Below are positions 13,343 to 25,690 of a stretch of DNA of 64,000 bases, piece by piece. Within the stretch, counting starts at the first letter, position 1, and each line of letters opens with the position of its first letter. The stretch is from Leucoraja ocellata. Taxonomy: Eukaryota. The notes below the pieces were generated by a model. It was not told the DNA's origin, made no database searches, and was given only the letters and a program-made list of their open reading frames with translations. A program made the translations under genes and the position numbers. Where the stretch lies: positions 744,001 to 808,000 of the forward strand of contig JAWMAR010000039.1 in NCBI GenBank assembly GCA_036785375.1, in the 5' to 3' direction.

Positions 13343-15237
13343 ATGGCAACATGGGTGGAGGGGAAACCTATCCCACCGCGGAAGAATACGTTGAGTGACG
13401 TGAATGATGTCAGTGAGATAAAGACTCCCTGGGCTCGTGGAAGTCCTCTTTCAGATGCAAGCAATAAAGCCCTGGACCCAACAACTCCAACTTCTCATAT
13501 ATTCGATGAAGGCAAACTGAGTTACAATTTGGGTTCGGTAACCAAGACTTTAATAACCCCAAAACCAAGAGTTTCTCCAAGACCATTTTCCTCAGAAAAA
13601 TCCTCTGTGCCATTCTCACCTTTCCGGATCACACAAGCACCGGCTGCACCCTCGGAGCTTAAGAGAGTAACTTCGAAAGTTACTCCATCAGGGAAGCTGT
13701 CTGCAGCTACAGGTGATGAGGAAGCATGGTTCAGGGGCACAGCAGCAAAGCATTCACTAGCTGCTTCACCACTCTGGTCTTCAGGATCTTCATATGGACC
13801 TGAGAGCATCAGTTACGTTGGGGCAAGTGATTCTCAGGAGGATAAAAACATGCTTCATTTGCCTTCAACACCAAATCTCTATAATGTTGCAGCTTCCTCT
13901 TCCAGCGTAGTCTTGAATTCGGAAAGTATGGCAGACGAGGAGAGAGACTATTCCAAAGCGAAGGCAACCACATTGGTTATTTTGGAAACTTCGACTCAGA
14001 AGTTAAAATCCAACAACTCCATTGAAGGTGACTCCAAAGCTGGGAAATGGATGAGCAGAGATGGACCAAAGGATCTCCAGATGCCAAGGACCTCAAAACC
14101 TTTTACGTTGCCTAAACCATCCTTCCGTTTTGGGAAGTGCACCTTAAGTGCCATTCAAGGGATCGGGACGTCAGATCCCGCAGCACCTCCTCTGAGTGTT
14201 TTGGAAAAGTTGGACCAAAGTGCACAACAAGACACAGACAACACAGACAAGGAAAGGGACATTGCTGACACCTCATTTCCTCGCAGATCCCATCCAAGGA
14301 AATCCAGGCCGTTATCTTCGTGGCTTTCTGGAACGACACTTGACCAGAAATCAGAAACCCCCATAAAACATGATGAAAATGCTGCTTCTCCTGAAAAACC
14401 ATGGCTTAAAAAGCCCAGGCCTCTGTCCATGGACCTAACGGCCATGTTTGAAGCAGCAGGGTCCACGGTTTACAAGAGAAATACCAGCCCGTTGGAGGAA
14501 AGCAAAGAGAATGTCCCCGTCATGCAAACGCCAGGTGCTCTGTTCTCAGGGACCAAACTCAAAGCAGAAGGGTCAGCAGCGGAAATGGAGATATCCAGGT
14601 CTCCCACGTCTCCTGATGACCCTGAAAACAAAGGAAGGAGTTACCTGTTTGCTGTCAAAGAAACTGTTAATAGCAATCCAAAGATAGATATCAGTAGAAA
14701 AGATTACAAGGGTCTTGTGTTGTCTGAGACAAAAAAAGAAGAGGAAATTAGTTCAAGAGAAAGCAAGATACTGTGGCACAATGATAATAGTGACAATATA
14801 ACCATTGCAGCATCCAGGAAGGAGGAAAAGGAAGAGAGAACGTTCACTACCTCATCAAAAACTAAAAAGGAGAAATTGGAAAGTAGCCAGGAGCAACATA
14901 AAAGTTTGGCAAATAGGGAATTGGATAACATTTCTAGTCTGGAGCCTGCTCCAAATGATGAAAATCCTGGTTTGGGTTCAAATGATCGAGGACCGAAAGG
15001 GAATAGAACTCCAATTTGTGGTGGGATGATTAAGAGACGCATCAGTCTTCTCATTAACAACGCCAGCAGCAGCCCAGCAAAAACCGAGGGCACGCAGGCC
15101 GCTGGTGAGAAGGAGAAGATAAACATCTGTGTCAAGCAGCAAGTCCAAAGCTTCATTTCTGAGAACAAAGAACAAGTCCAAAGTCCCCAAAGACGGTCAC
15201 TTCCACCTCGACCACTATCTTCAGATATAACCAAACT
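13343..15237 (+). CDS. KIAA1671: KIAA1671 orthologue, first coding exon of the long isoform (exon starts at 13282 with 61 nt of 5'UTR)
   Basis: 1.9-kb open frame. Pyrimidine tract plus AG ends at 13281, the start is ttaccATGg, and the donor is CT|GTACGT at 15238 (phase 2). [27 protein letters not shown] and RRSLPPRPLSSDITKL match recalled human KIAA1671 motifs [27 protein letters not shown] and RPLSADLTKLF. Confidence 0.88.
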
Positions 15238-15538
15238 GTACGTTAGTTTAACTTGTGATGTTTACTTCGTCTGTGTTTAAAACAAAATGCATCCCATGTC
15301 TGTCATTGTTTTCAGTCCAGCATGCTGATACCTGCAGGTCGAATTCATCGTTAATCACACACTGTTGAGTCTAGGCACAAAGCATTTCTTCTCTATTCTG
15401 TTCAAACTGAAGAGAAATTGCCTACACTCCTCGAGGGCAGACACACACCTTCAGATTCAGACATCTGTCAGGAGTTGCACACAACACTTCACCAGACTGA
15501 TATGCCTAAGTCTCTTGTTCTCGCCATTGGCTTTCTTT

Positions 15539-17190
15539 TAGAAACATAGAAAAATAGGTATAGGAGGAGGCCATTACAAGCTGCTCTAAGAATCCATCTC
15601 GAGGCACTCTACACACTCTCTTTCTTGGGGTCCTGAACCAACCTGATTTTCCCAGTCTACCTGCATATTGAAATCCCCCATCCCTACAGTGGCATTACCT
15701 TTGTTACATGCCAGTTTTAACTCCTGCTGCAACTTACACTCTACATCTGGGCTACTATTTGAGGGTCTGTAGATAACACCAATTAGTGTCTTCTTGCCTT
15801 TGCAATTCCTCAGCTCAATCCACAGTGTCTCTACCTCGTCAGTCCCTATGTCTTCCCTCGCAAGGGTCTGAATTCCATCCCTCACCAGCAGAGCTACCCC
15901 CCTTCTCTGCCCACCTGCCTGTCCTTTCTATAGGATATATAACCCTGAATATTAAGTTCCCATGCCCGATCCTGCTGCAGCCATGTCTCAGTAATCCCCA
16001 CAATGTCATATCTACCAACCTCTAACTGAGCCTCAAGCTCATCCACTTTACTTCTTACACTTTGCGCATTCATATACAGTATTTTTAATTCCTTACGCAT
16101 CTCACCTTTCACATCGATCCCTATTACACTTGGCCATACTCTCCTATCCCTTTCTGAGCTTTAATTCCCGTTAATTCTGGGGTCATTAGCTATCCCAGTT
16201 CCTCAGCCACACATTCACGTCCCGTTTCTCCCTGTTCCTGCTCACGGCCGCACGAGGAAGTGGAAACAAACCGGAGATAACCACCCTGGAAGTCCTGCTT
16301 TTTGGCACTTTTCCGAGCTCTCTAAAGTCACACTTCAGAATATTCATCCCCTTCTTTCCGACATCATTTGTGCCAACATGTACTACCACTTCCGGCTGTT
16401 CACCTTCGCCCTTGAGGATTTTCTGCTCTCTGTCTGTGATATCCTGGCGCCAGGGAGGCAGCACACCATCCTCGAATCCCGTCTGTTGCCGCAGAAACCC
16501 CTGACCGTACCTCTCACAGTGGAGTCTCCAACTACCAAGGCGTTGCCTGACGTCAGCCTCTTTGGTTTTGGCTTAACAGCACTTTTTGCTTCCCAAGCCA
16601 GTGCGCCGCTCAGTGTGTTAATGTCTTCTCTCCCGACAGCTTCTAAGTGGGTGAACCTGTTCACAAGAGGTACAACACCCGGGGACCTTTGCATTCCATG
16701 TTTCCTTTCCTTTTTCACCATCACCCACCTTCTCTCATCCAGTGCCTTAGGTGTAACAATCTTACTGTAGGACTTGCCGAGGAACCACTCAGTTTCCCGG
16801 ACGAACCTGAGGTCATCCACTTGCTTCTCCAATTCCCCAACACGGTCCTTCAGGAGCTCTACCTGGATGCACTTCTCACATTTGTCGCAGCCAGAGGCAC
16901 CAGCGGTGTCCTTGACCTCCCACATACTGCAAGCATCACACTGAATCAGCTTGCTTGACGTCTCCTTCTTTCGTCTCTCCCGCTCCAGCGTTTGGTGTGG
17001 CGTCCTCCCTCAGCCTCCTCGCCGAAGACTTGCAGCAAGAGACTCGCACCTTTCTCACAGAGCACTTACCCTCGACAGAGCTGCACCCAGACAGGACCGC
17101 ACGCACCCCTTGAGCAAGTCTTGCTTATATCAGATGCTAAATTGCCTAATTGTCCAATTTACCAATCTTCCAATCTTTGCCCAATGACCT
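15539..17190 (-). mobile_element. CR1 LINE 5' part (5'UTR, ORF1 zinc-finger/SGNH esterase, ORF2 APE endonuclease), frameshifted, joined to a 3' tail
   Basis: ORF1 pieces CDKCEKC..LKDRVGELEKQVDDLR, LVVGDS, CCLPGARI and VHVGTND. APE pieces LYMNAQSVRSK..DIVGITETWL, GVIYRP and GDFN. CR1 tail at 15539-15575. Confidence 0.9.
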
Positions 17191-17264
17191 TGCATCGAAA
17201 GTCTCTCACCGCAATTTCCCTCATTGCAAATGCTAGCCTTGTTTACAATGCAGCTGGAATACAT

Positions 17265-17414
17265 ACAAAACACTGGAGTAACTCAGACCCTTCTTCAGAT
17301 CCGAAACGTCACCTATTCCTTGTCTCCAGAGATGCTGTCGGACCCACTGAGTTACTCCAGCTTTTTGGGTCTATCTTCGTTTTAAGCCAGCACCTGCAGT
17401 TCCTTCCTACACAT
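17265..17414. mobile_element. Penelope-like fragment with short inversion and 12-bp TSD
   Basis: gctggaatacat at 17253-17264 and 17415-17426. Body homologous to 10069-10204. Confidence 0.7.
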
Positions 17415-17451
17415 GCTGGAATACATGCCTGATTCTTCAAGAACTAGTCAG

Positions 17452-17812
17452 CTGTCAGCGACCGAAGGATTGGTGACGGGATCTAGGGAGTGGGCAGGGC
17501 CGAAGATGTCCTGGTTAAGTTGCTCCTGGTCCTGGCCAAACTGGTCACGTCGCCAGGCGGAAGAGGGCTTTGCCCGAGTCAGATGCTTGCCCCTTTTCCG
17601 GGGTTATGTCCGCTCCCGGGTGGTTTTAGAGAGGGACATAGTTGTATAGTAGTTATTTAATATAGCTGTAAGGATTGTAGCATAGATGTTTGAAAATGTA
17701 GATAATTTGGTGGATTTTGTACTATGGTGGTGGGTGTGTTACCAAGGTTTTTTTTTTCTTCTGGTTTTAGTATCGTGATCGTAATTAAATAAATTGTTTT
17801 TGATACAAAAAA
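17452..17812 (+). mobile_element. L1/Tx1-like LINE 3' fragment
   Basis: Encodes CLPLFRGYVRSRVVLER (Tx1-like ORF2 end), then a T-rich 3'UTR, AATAAA and an A tail. Imperfect flanking repeat aagaac(ta/ag)gtcag. Confidence 0.55.
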
Positions 17813-18897
17813 AAGAACAGGTCAGTGGACAGAACCAGGTTCTGAAGCTCCCAGTGCCTGATACAACACATCAGGGCAGTGATACAACACATCATTCCAC
17901 TCTGGGCAAAAAGCAGAGCTTCGGCAGCAGCAGAGCCTAGAGCTGACTAATCCATCATCACGTGTTATGCTTTCTGTAAAAACCTGTCTTGCATAAAGCC
18001 CTGGCTGTATTTGTTAAACCATTCACATGGCCAAAGGAATGCATTTACTTGTTGAGTTAACAGATTTAATAACCAGCTCCTCACTCCCTTTTACTTTTTG
18101 GTTACGACCTCACGATCAATAAACAAGACCCCTCTCCCATGTGTCGATGTAAAATTATTTAATAATTTTTAATTTGAATTAAATGTTATGCCAGTTTTCT
18201 TGTTTTCTTCCATTATGATGTTTGATGTGAAGAGAGGTTGTACACCACACACACCCTGTATAATCAATGGTCGCCCAACTTGGACACCACTCAGATACTG
18301 CATTGGACACCACATTGTGCCTCCACACAGCCAAGTTCCAGCATGAAAACACATCCCGGGTTCCGCCCAAATTCTGCTGTTTTTGCCGCAGATTTTGTAA
18401 ACGACCTTTTGTCGAGTTGTTGCTTCTTCAGTAATTGCCCCTCGTGTCCAGACTTGCTCAGCAGTAACCTTCCCTGAACGAGATTAACAGAATCTAGTTA
18501 CTCTATACGTAAACGATCAGATTGGCGTGGTCGTAACTGGAACATTCTGCCTTTGTTCACTCACTGCCTTTTCTTACAACAGCCTGGGGTTTGTGTGTTG
18601 GGGAATGGCAATTGTAGGAACACAGCCAATTGCTCTGTGATTGTCACATTGTTGTGACAATATTTTGCCTCCAAATCCTAGTTTTTAAGAGAAGAGTCTG
18701 ACAACTATACTCTTTTTTTTCTCAACAGTAGCACAAAATGACTGATCCTGCTTAACCAGTTCTTTGTTAGCCATTTCTCGCAGTAATTGAGTGGAAGCTC
18801 TTTCTAGCTTTTATTCCAAAGGGCTATTACCTTACAGATAAATGGCTTCAATTTTAAATTTGTTTGATTCATAATTTCCTGAACATTTTCTCAAAAG

Positions 18898-19051
18898 GTT
18901 TGAGACTCGAGCAGTTGTCGACGGTGGTCGTTTGGAGAAGCAGGTGGATATGACTGTCTTTTCATCTCCAGAATATTCCGTTTTGCAGAACGCTCAAGAA
19001 CAGAGAGGGATGGAGATCATTGAAAAAGAAAATGAAGTTGAAAGAGACTCG
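18898..19051 (+). CDS. KIAA1671: KIAA1671 coding exon 2 (154 nt)
   Basis: Acceptor ttttctcaaaag|G completes codon CT|G, restoring ...DITKL-FETRAV..., consistent with conserved TKLF. Open frame to donor TCG|GTAATG, phase 0. Confidence 0.85.
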
Positions 19052-20581
19052 GTAATGAACTTGTGCTTTTCACTGGACTGTCAGGCCATGGTAAACCCAG
19101 TAAAGCAACAAAATCTCTCTATTGATGTCGGCTGCTATATTGATGCAGCCCAGCTCAGCTGGAACAATGAGCTTCATTCATTGACTGAAGCAATTTGGAT
19201 GTATCAAAATGCCACAAGTTAACACAGTGACCTTGCCATTAGATAGGGATATTCTTGAATGCTCAACAGCATAATCTGTGGGAGTGAACGTTCCTGTGCT
19301 GGTCACGTGTGGTCCATTGGGTTTGACGTACGACACACAACAGGAAATCTATGGTTTAGTAATCCCCACAAACATTTCAAATTTAACAAAGAGCAATTGT
19401 TAGAGAACATCTCTTGAATCATTGAAAGTCATAATTTAAATACTATATGTTTCTAAACAGGAAATGGAAAATTCACTTAACCCACTTAATTTGAAGTCTT
19501 GATTGAATTTGGCAGCTAAAAAACTTTCTCAAGTGATGTTACATTGGGTGTTCAGTGCTGTTTCATGAATTCACTTCTCATCTTCAATGCTATTCAATTT
19601 TCAAATCCCCGACATCTGGTCACCTGGGATTTTACTTGCTGCGGCTGCCATCTAATGTGAATAACTCAGGTTGTAAAGCTCTGAATCCCATTTACTGTCC
19701 AGATTCCATTCACTAAAGGGTGGTGTTACAACCACATGAATTGGTCATGGTCAAAGATTTCTGGTGAGGCCAAGGAGGTGGTGTTTGTGATCAACATTGT
19801 AGGGAGAGATGAATAGAGTACTGTGATCCAGTTCATAGTTGTAGTCTAATTAACACTCTGGACAACATGGCTCTCAATCCTTTATTTTGCTCCCCTTTTA
19901 TTTTGTTGTCCCTTTGCCTTTCCCACCTAATTGTTGTTAGGTGGGAAAGGCAACATTGTTCCATTATTAGGTAGGAAAGGCAACATTCCCCTGCTCCATT
20001 GTTGAGGACAGGAGGATCAGTTCGTGGGAATGGCTCCCATGCAGATTCCCAGCAAGCTGCATGCCAGTGTGAGTTGGAAATGGATCACTCCGACCTCATT
20101 GATGCTAGAACCACAAGCACTGGTGCAGGGGAATTAAGCACGTGCTTTGTCCATGACTGAACTGTCCACGTCTTGTGATTGAGTTCAGTGGTAGACCCTC
20201 CGTGCCTCAGTTAGAACGTGGTCTGATCAAACTTTGGTTCACTCATCCTGATCTCACAGTTTCTTATGTGGAATCCCTCTGAGTTTTTTCCAATCACTTC
20301 ATATTTCAATGTCTTTCTGTATTTTTTGTTCTCACCCACGCACACTATTTACTGGATTGTTCATCGGGGCATTTATACAGCTGAATGCCTGCCCCAAACA
20401 CACTTATTCCTTAACAAAACTATCAACATCTCTACACTTGCTACCTTTTCACCACGTTACCATCTCCAGTTTCATCAGTCTTAACAATCTGTCATGTGTA
20501 TTCTTATTGAATGTCTGTTGTTGAGCATCGGACGCCTCCCACTGAGTCTCATGACCAGTTTTTGTTTTCCTTCTCTTCCAG

Positions 20582-23404
20582 GTAGGAAAAGGCCAGTTGC
20601 ATGTGGCGGAGCCGGAACCAGAGTATATTTGGACCAGACTTAATTCAGTGAGGAAAGTGAGGAAAGCTTTGGATAAAGGGACCACCGAAGAGGAAACCAG
20701 CTTGGAGAAAATGATCATGCCAAACGATGCCGGGAGGAAGAGGGAGATGAAGATTGGGACCAGTGCGCCTGAGACCAATGTTGCTTCAACAACCAAACTT
20801 GGTTCCCAATGTTCAGACAGACAGAAATGTGAGCCTGAACCATTGAAGTCTGAGTTGCTGGTAAAACCTGTCAGAGTCTTCGTAGTTGAAAGTGAGACCC
20901 AACATCAAAGGGTCCCAGAGATAATGGACTGGGAAGGTTCTTCCAACTCGGCAGATTCCCACTTTGATAAAGGGAGGAGATCGGAACAAACTTCCAAATC
21001 CGGACCAAAGAGCTACTTGGCTATGAGAGCAACAGTTCGAGTAACACAGGATGAACTCGAGAGCAAGAATACAACATCTTCTCGGGTTGAAGATACACCT
21101 TTAGAGCGGAAAGAAAAGGGTTACTTTGAAACAGAGGAACAATCTGATTCTGGGTTTTACTCTGGAAAGATCACTGAACGAAATGTTCCCATTTTGCTGC
21201 CAGCTGGAGGTGACGAGAAAGTTGGTGTCTTGCAGAAGGTCTGCGAGGAAGCAGTCTGTCCCGCACTCCCAACTACCTCTGCAGACAGGGTCGATGTCCA
21301 GAGCACCAGGAGGTCAAATGTTGCGACAGGTCAAACAAAACTTAAAGAAAATGTTTGTGGTGTAAGGAGACGCTGGAACCAGCCACATCCAACCGAGAAT
21401 AACACTTCATTAGCTGCACCAGATTCTGATATCAGTGGGATGGAGGTGTTCAAAATGGTGCAAGTTCAGCAGTCGATACTCAGCTCAGCAAAGTCTGGCT
21501 CGGATAAAGTTGGAAAGAAACCAGTGAAGGTGACTCGGCACAGCTCCTTCAATAACCCAGGCATGTTCCTTTCAAAACCTAGCACCAGGCATCCTGACTT
21601 AAGAAAATGTGATGACTTGATCATCCAGGACCTGCTGCTGTCTGCCAGATCCAAGAAAGATCCAAAGTGCCGGGACAATATTGAAACTAAACATTGGTTG
21701 CAAGATGAGGCAGCTTCAGATTTCTATTGGAAAGCCCCATCAGAGGCAGGAAGGGATGAGAAAAGCAAGAAGGTTTCTTCAGAAGTCAACGCTGATCAAA
21801 TGTATGGTTCTTCAACTGAGGCTGGCTACAAGAAGCACAGCTATGTTTTAACTGATTGGAGGACAGACAGCTTCCGTGAAGAGTTCTCCAAAGATTACCC
21901 CAGGTTTTTCACCCCAGAAAAACCAAAATCGACTTTGTTGACTGAAGAGTTTCTTGCCAAGCCATGGACCGACAGCATGGAGGATTTGTCAGAGGAGGCC
22001 CATGTAACACCAACTGTGCAAAAGTCTAAAGCGGCAGATGTTGAGAAACCAAGAAAGACCAGGGGCAGTTCGTCAAGTAAATGTCACAATGTTTTAGACC
22101 TGGATGTTTTTATGGCAGAATACAGAATAGAAAGTTCAGCGAGGAAAATTGAAGAACCAAATAGTTTTCATTACCAGAATAAGAAGAGCGACCACCATTC
22201 CAAAGCACTTCAAAAAGATCATGAAGAACACGGAAGCCCAAAGTTGACAAAATCTGCTGATCTAGACGCTGGAAAATCATCCCTTTCAGGCAAAAGGAAA
22301 AGTACTTCTGATAAGCTGATTAGAAAAGCTTTGCATCGCAGCAGTATCCTTGACCTCGATGCCCTGATGGCTGACTACACGAAAGAATCAACAAGACCTG
22401 CTGATGTTCTCCAAAAGACATCTGGATCCAAACTAACCAGTGGCCTGTCACCTGGTGTAAAAATTCAGGAAACATTTTCACCTCTTTCCGAAGAAGTGAT
22501 CTTGCCACGAGGTGATCAAGTAAAGATATATCACGCTGCAGAACTAACAATGGATGCTTATGATGGTGCAGTCAGTGATGTGAAAAGGTTCTCCAAAGAA
22601 GAGAAGAAAGCAGGCAGACCATCCTCCACCGACTATGAGCACAAGGAGTTGAGGAAGTACGAGGGTCACTCAGCCGGCCAGCAGTCAGAGGGTGAACGGG
22701 GTGGGGACCCCAGCCCAGTGCTTTCTGTCAGCAGACGGCCCCGGCACGAGAGGAGGAAGAGTAGACCATCCTCTGCTTGTGTCGGGCACAGGGAGGTGCA
22801 GCAGCCCAGTGTCCCTGCAGATGGACAGAGAACAGAGGCTGGCAGAGACAGAGGGGAGATGATACCCAAGTATGGCCAGGGGGAGATGATACCCAGCGGC
22901 AGGGAAGCCGGGAATGAGGAGGGAAGGTCCATGACTCCTATGGAGATGGGCCACCCGCATCAAACACCAGGAGGGCTTTACCTGGATCCTGAGACGAGAG
23001 GCTGGGATTATTTGGCTGGTTCAAGGAGATCTCTGCATGGTTCTTTATATAACGTACTGGAGAAAGAAAAGATTGTTGAACAGTCAGTAGATGACGAACA
23101 GCGTTCAGAGGTGAAAAGCGGAGTAACAGGAGATGGGGAACATTCCGCCCAGAATTCCCCCAGGATAATGAAGAGCCATCCCAAAGATACTCGCCACTCG
23201 GTTTTAGAGGTGAAGAAACCACGGTCTTCGGCAATTCCCAAGAATCCACAAAGGGCAGCCGATGGGCCTGCAGTGAACCAGGAAGGCACAACAGCAGACT
23301 CCAAACCCCACAGAGGCAGAAGGAGCCACTCCTCTGACCGGGTTCACAGCCGTAGTCCAGAGCTTTCAAAGCTTAGGCTGCCATCATCAGGGGAGGATAA
23401 GTCG
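20582..23404 (+). CDS. KIAA1671: KIAA1671 coding exon 3 (2823 nt, low-complexity, likely disordered region)
   Basis: Acceptor ttccttctcttccag|GTA in phase 0, 941 open codons, donor TCG|GTGAGT at 23405. HRSSILDLDALMADY matches recalled human YRSSVLDIDALMAEY. Confidence 0.88.
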
Positions 23405-23715
23405 GTGAGTGGCCTTGGAATAATATTCATTGTGGCAGCATCTAAACCCGTTATTTTAATGTTATCAGGGAACCAGGATGTTAAACTTTTGCCAGTAGTA
23501 ATAATACTATTTTAGTTTGATCACGGTTGATTCTGTAACTGATTGAAAATATAGCATTCTACCATTAATGACCTGAATGTAGTAAAGATAAATTAAAATT
23601 GTATGTGGCAGAACTTGTAACTTTGGAATATCTTTACATTGAGAACTGGATTCCCCACATAGGCCGGGTTTAACTAAGTTCCCAGAGCTTTCAGGACCAT
23701 TATGTGCAGCAGTAT

Positions 23716-24030
23716 AGTTTAATTTAGAGATACAGCGTGGAAACAGGCCCTTCAGCCCATCTAGTCCATACAGACCAGTGATCACCCATTCATACTAGTT
23801 CTATGTTAACCCACTTTCTCATCCACGCCCTGCACACCAGGGACAATTTACAGAAGCCAATTAACCGACAAACTGGCACATCTTGGGAATGTGTGAGGAA
23901 ACCGGAGCACCTGGAGAAAACCCATGTGGTCACAGGGAGAATGTACAAACTCCATACAGACAGCCCCAGTAGTCAGGATGCAACTCAGATCTCTGGCACT
24001 GTAAGGCAGCAACTCGACTGTGCCGCCCTC
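23716..24030 (-). mobile_element. HE1-like V-SINE
   Basis: Reverse complement of 42915-43212 with tRNA-like head, V-domain and (aaact)n tail. Confidence 0.75.
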
Positions 24031-24475
24031 TGGCCTGAAGCTCTCCCACATATATACTGCCCTGAAATCCCAATCCGGATTCCTTCTTGTTTCTCCTCTC
24101 CGTCCTCCTATACCTTTCCCCAATATCTGCCTCTCCTTCCCTTCCTTCTCCTTTCCATCCTCCTCTCCTTTTACTTCCCTTCCCTTTCACCCAAGCTGGT
24201 TAGTTAATTTAGTTAGTTTTGTTAATTTGCAATAAGCTGGTTGCAATTTGGCTTATCTTTGATTTGCACATTGGCCTTGCCACCCCTTGTGTACTAACAC
24301 GCACATTTGCCAATTCTTTCAAGAATCTTTTTGCCACAGTGTCTTCATAAAGTCCAGCTGGGTGTTACTGTGAAAGTGTTGTGAACAGGCGTAGGCTGCT
24401 GTTGCCCAGATTATCAAAGATGATTTTCTCGCAACCCCGCCATGTTGGATGTCACCTACTTCACCGCTGGCTCTT

Positions 24476-25068
24476 ATAGAAACATAGAAAATAGGTGCAG
24501 GAGTAGGCCATTCGGCCCTTCGAGCCTGCACCGCCATTCAATATGATCATGGCTGATCATCCAACTCAGTATCCTGTACCTGCCTTCTCTCCATACCCCC
24601 TGATCCCTTTAGCCACAAGGTCCACATCTACCTCCCTCTTAAATATAGCCAATGAACTGGCCTCAACTACCTTCTGTGACAGAGAATTCCAGAGATTCAC
24701 CACTCTCTGTGTGAAAAATGTTTTCCTCATCTCGGTCCTAAAAGATTTCCCCCTTATCCTTAAACTGTGACCCTTTGTTCTGGACTTCACCAACATCGGG
24801 AACAATCTTCCTGCATCTAACCTGTCCAACCCTTTAAGAATTTTGTAGAATCTTCTAAATTCTAGCGAGTACAAGCCGAGTCTATCCAGTCATTCTTCAT
24901 ATGAAAGTCCTGACATCCCAGGAATCAGTCTGGTGAACCTTTTCTGTACTCCCTCTATGGCAAGATTAGGAGACCAAAACTGTACGCAATACTCCAGGTG
25001 TGGTCTCACCAAGACCCTGTACAACTGCAGTAGAACCTCCCTGCTCCTATACTCAAATCCTTTTGCTC
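24476..25068 (-). mobile_element. CR1 LINE 3' fragment
   Basis: Minus ORF 24566-24874 is nearly identical to the 4078-4440 protein. Confidence 0.9.
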
Positions 25069-25210
25069 TTAAAGATAGCAGAGTCAGGGGATATGGGGAG
25101 AAGGCAGGAACGGGGTACCGATTGTGGATGATCAGCCATGATCACATTGAATGGCGTGTTGGCTCAAAGGGCTGAATGGCCTGCTCCTGCACCTATTGTC
25201 TATTGTCTAC
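25069..25210 (+). mobile_element. CR1 3' tail (variant subfamily), head-to-head with the preceding copy
   Basis: ggatatggggagaaggcagg...gcacctattgtctattgtcta. Confidence 0.75.
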
Positions 25211-25690
25211 AGACAATGTTTTGTTGGGAAACAACTTTCTACTTTAACTTGTATGTCTTTGCGTAAGGGAAAGCTCAGGGAAGATAGTTAAACTAGGCTT
25301 TAGTGGGGAATCTAATTCTCATTGTAGATTTTCAAAGTATAAGGTGTTAGTTTATTTAATGTACATACAGTTGATTATGTAGCTTGCTATTTTCCATAAG
25401 TTATTGTCATAAAGTTATATGTATGAATGCAGGCATGAAATTTTGTTCAGACCGAAAGGTCTGAATGACAATAAAGGGAATTCAAATTCAAAATTACACA
25501 GCACAGAATCAGGCCATTTGGCCCATATGAGTGGAAATAAAGTAATGGTGTGTAATGGACTCCTGTCTTTGACACTTCCCAGTGAAAGATACATGAGAGG
25601 CCACATCCTGTCTACTCGGGATTTGCCTTAAGGTGGCACGTTTAGTGATGTTTGTCATTTGTTTAACACACCTTGCTTTATCTGTGCCAG

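Noticed and set aside
15238-15280. ORF-track C-terminal extension YVSLTCDVYFVCV (likewise 19052-19222, 23405-23515, 25856-25999, 58872-59039)
   Set aside because: Read-through past good GT donors into introns. The spliced frames are consistent without them.
13410-23369. Antisense and alternate-frame ORFs over the large exons
   Set aside because: Shadow ORFs with no splice signals or recognisable motifs.
13343-23404. Assignment to the paralogue TNKS1BP1
   Set aside because: The recalled motifs MATxVE, [8 protein letters not shown] and LDxDALMAEY fit KIAA1671. The shared C-terminal domain is outside the window, so a BLAST check is still needed.
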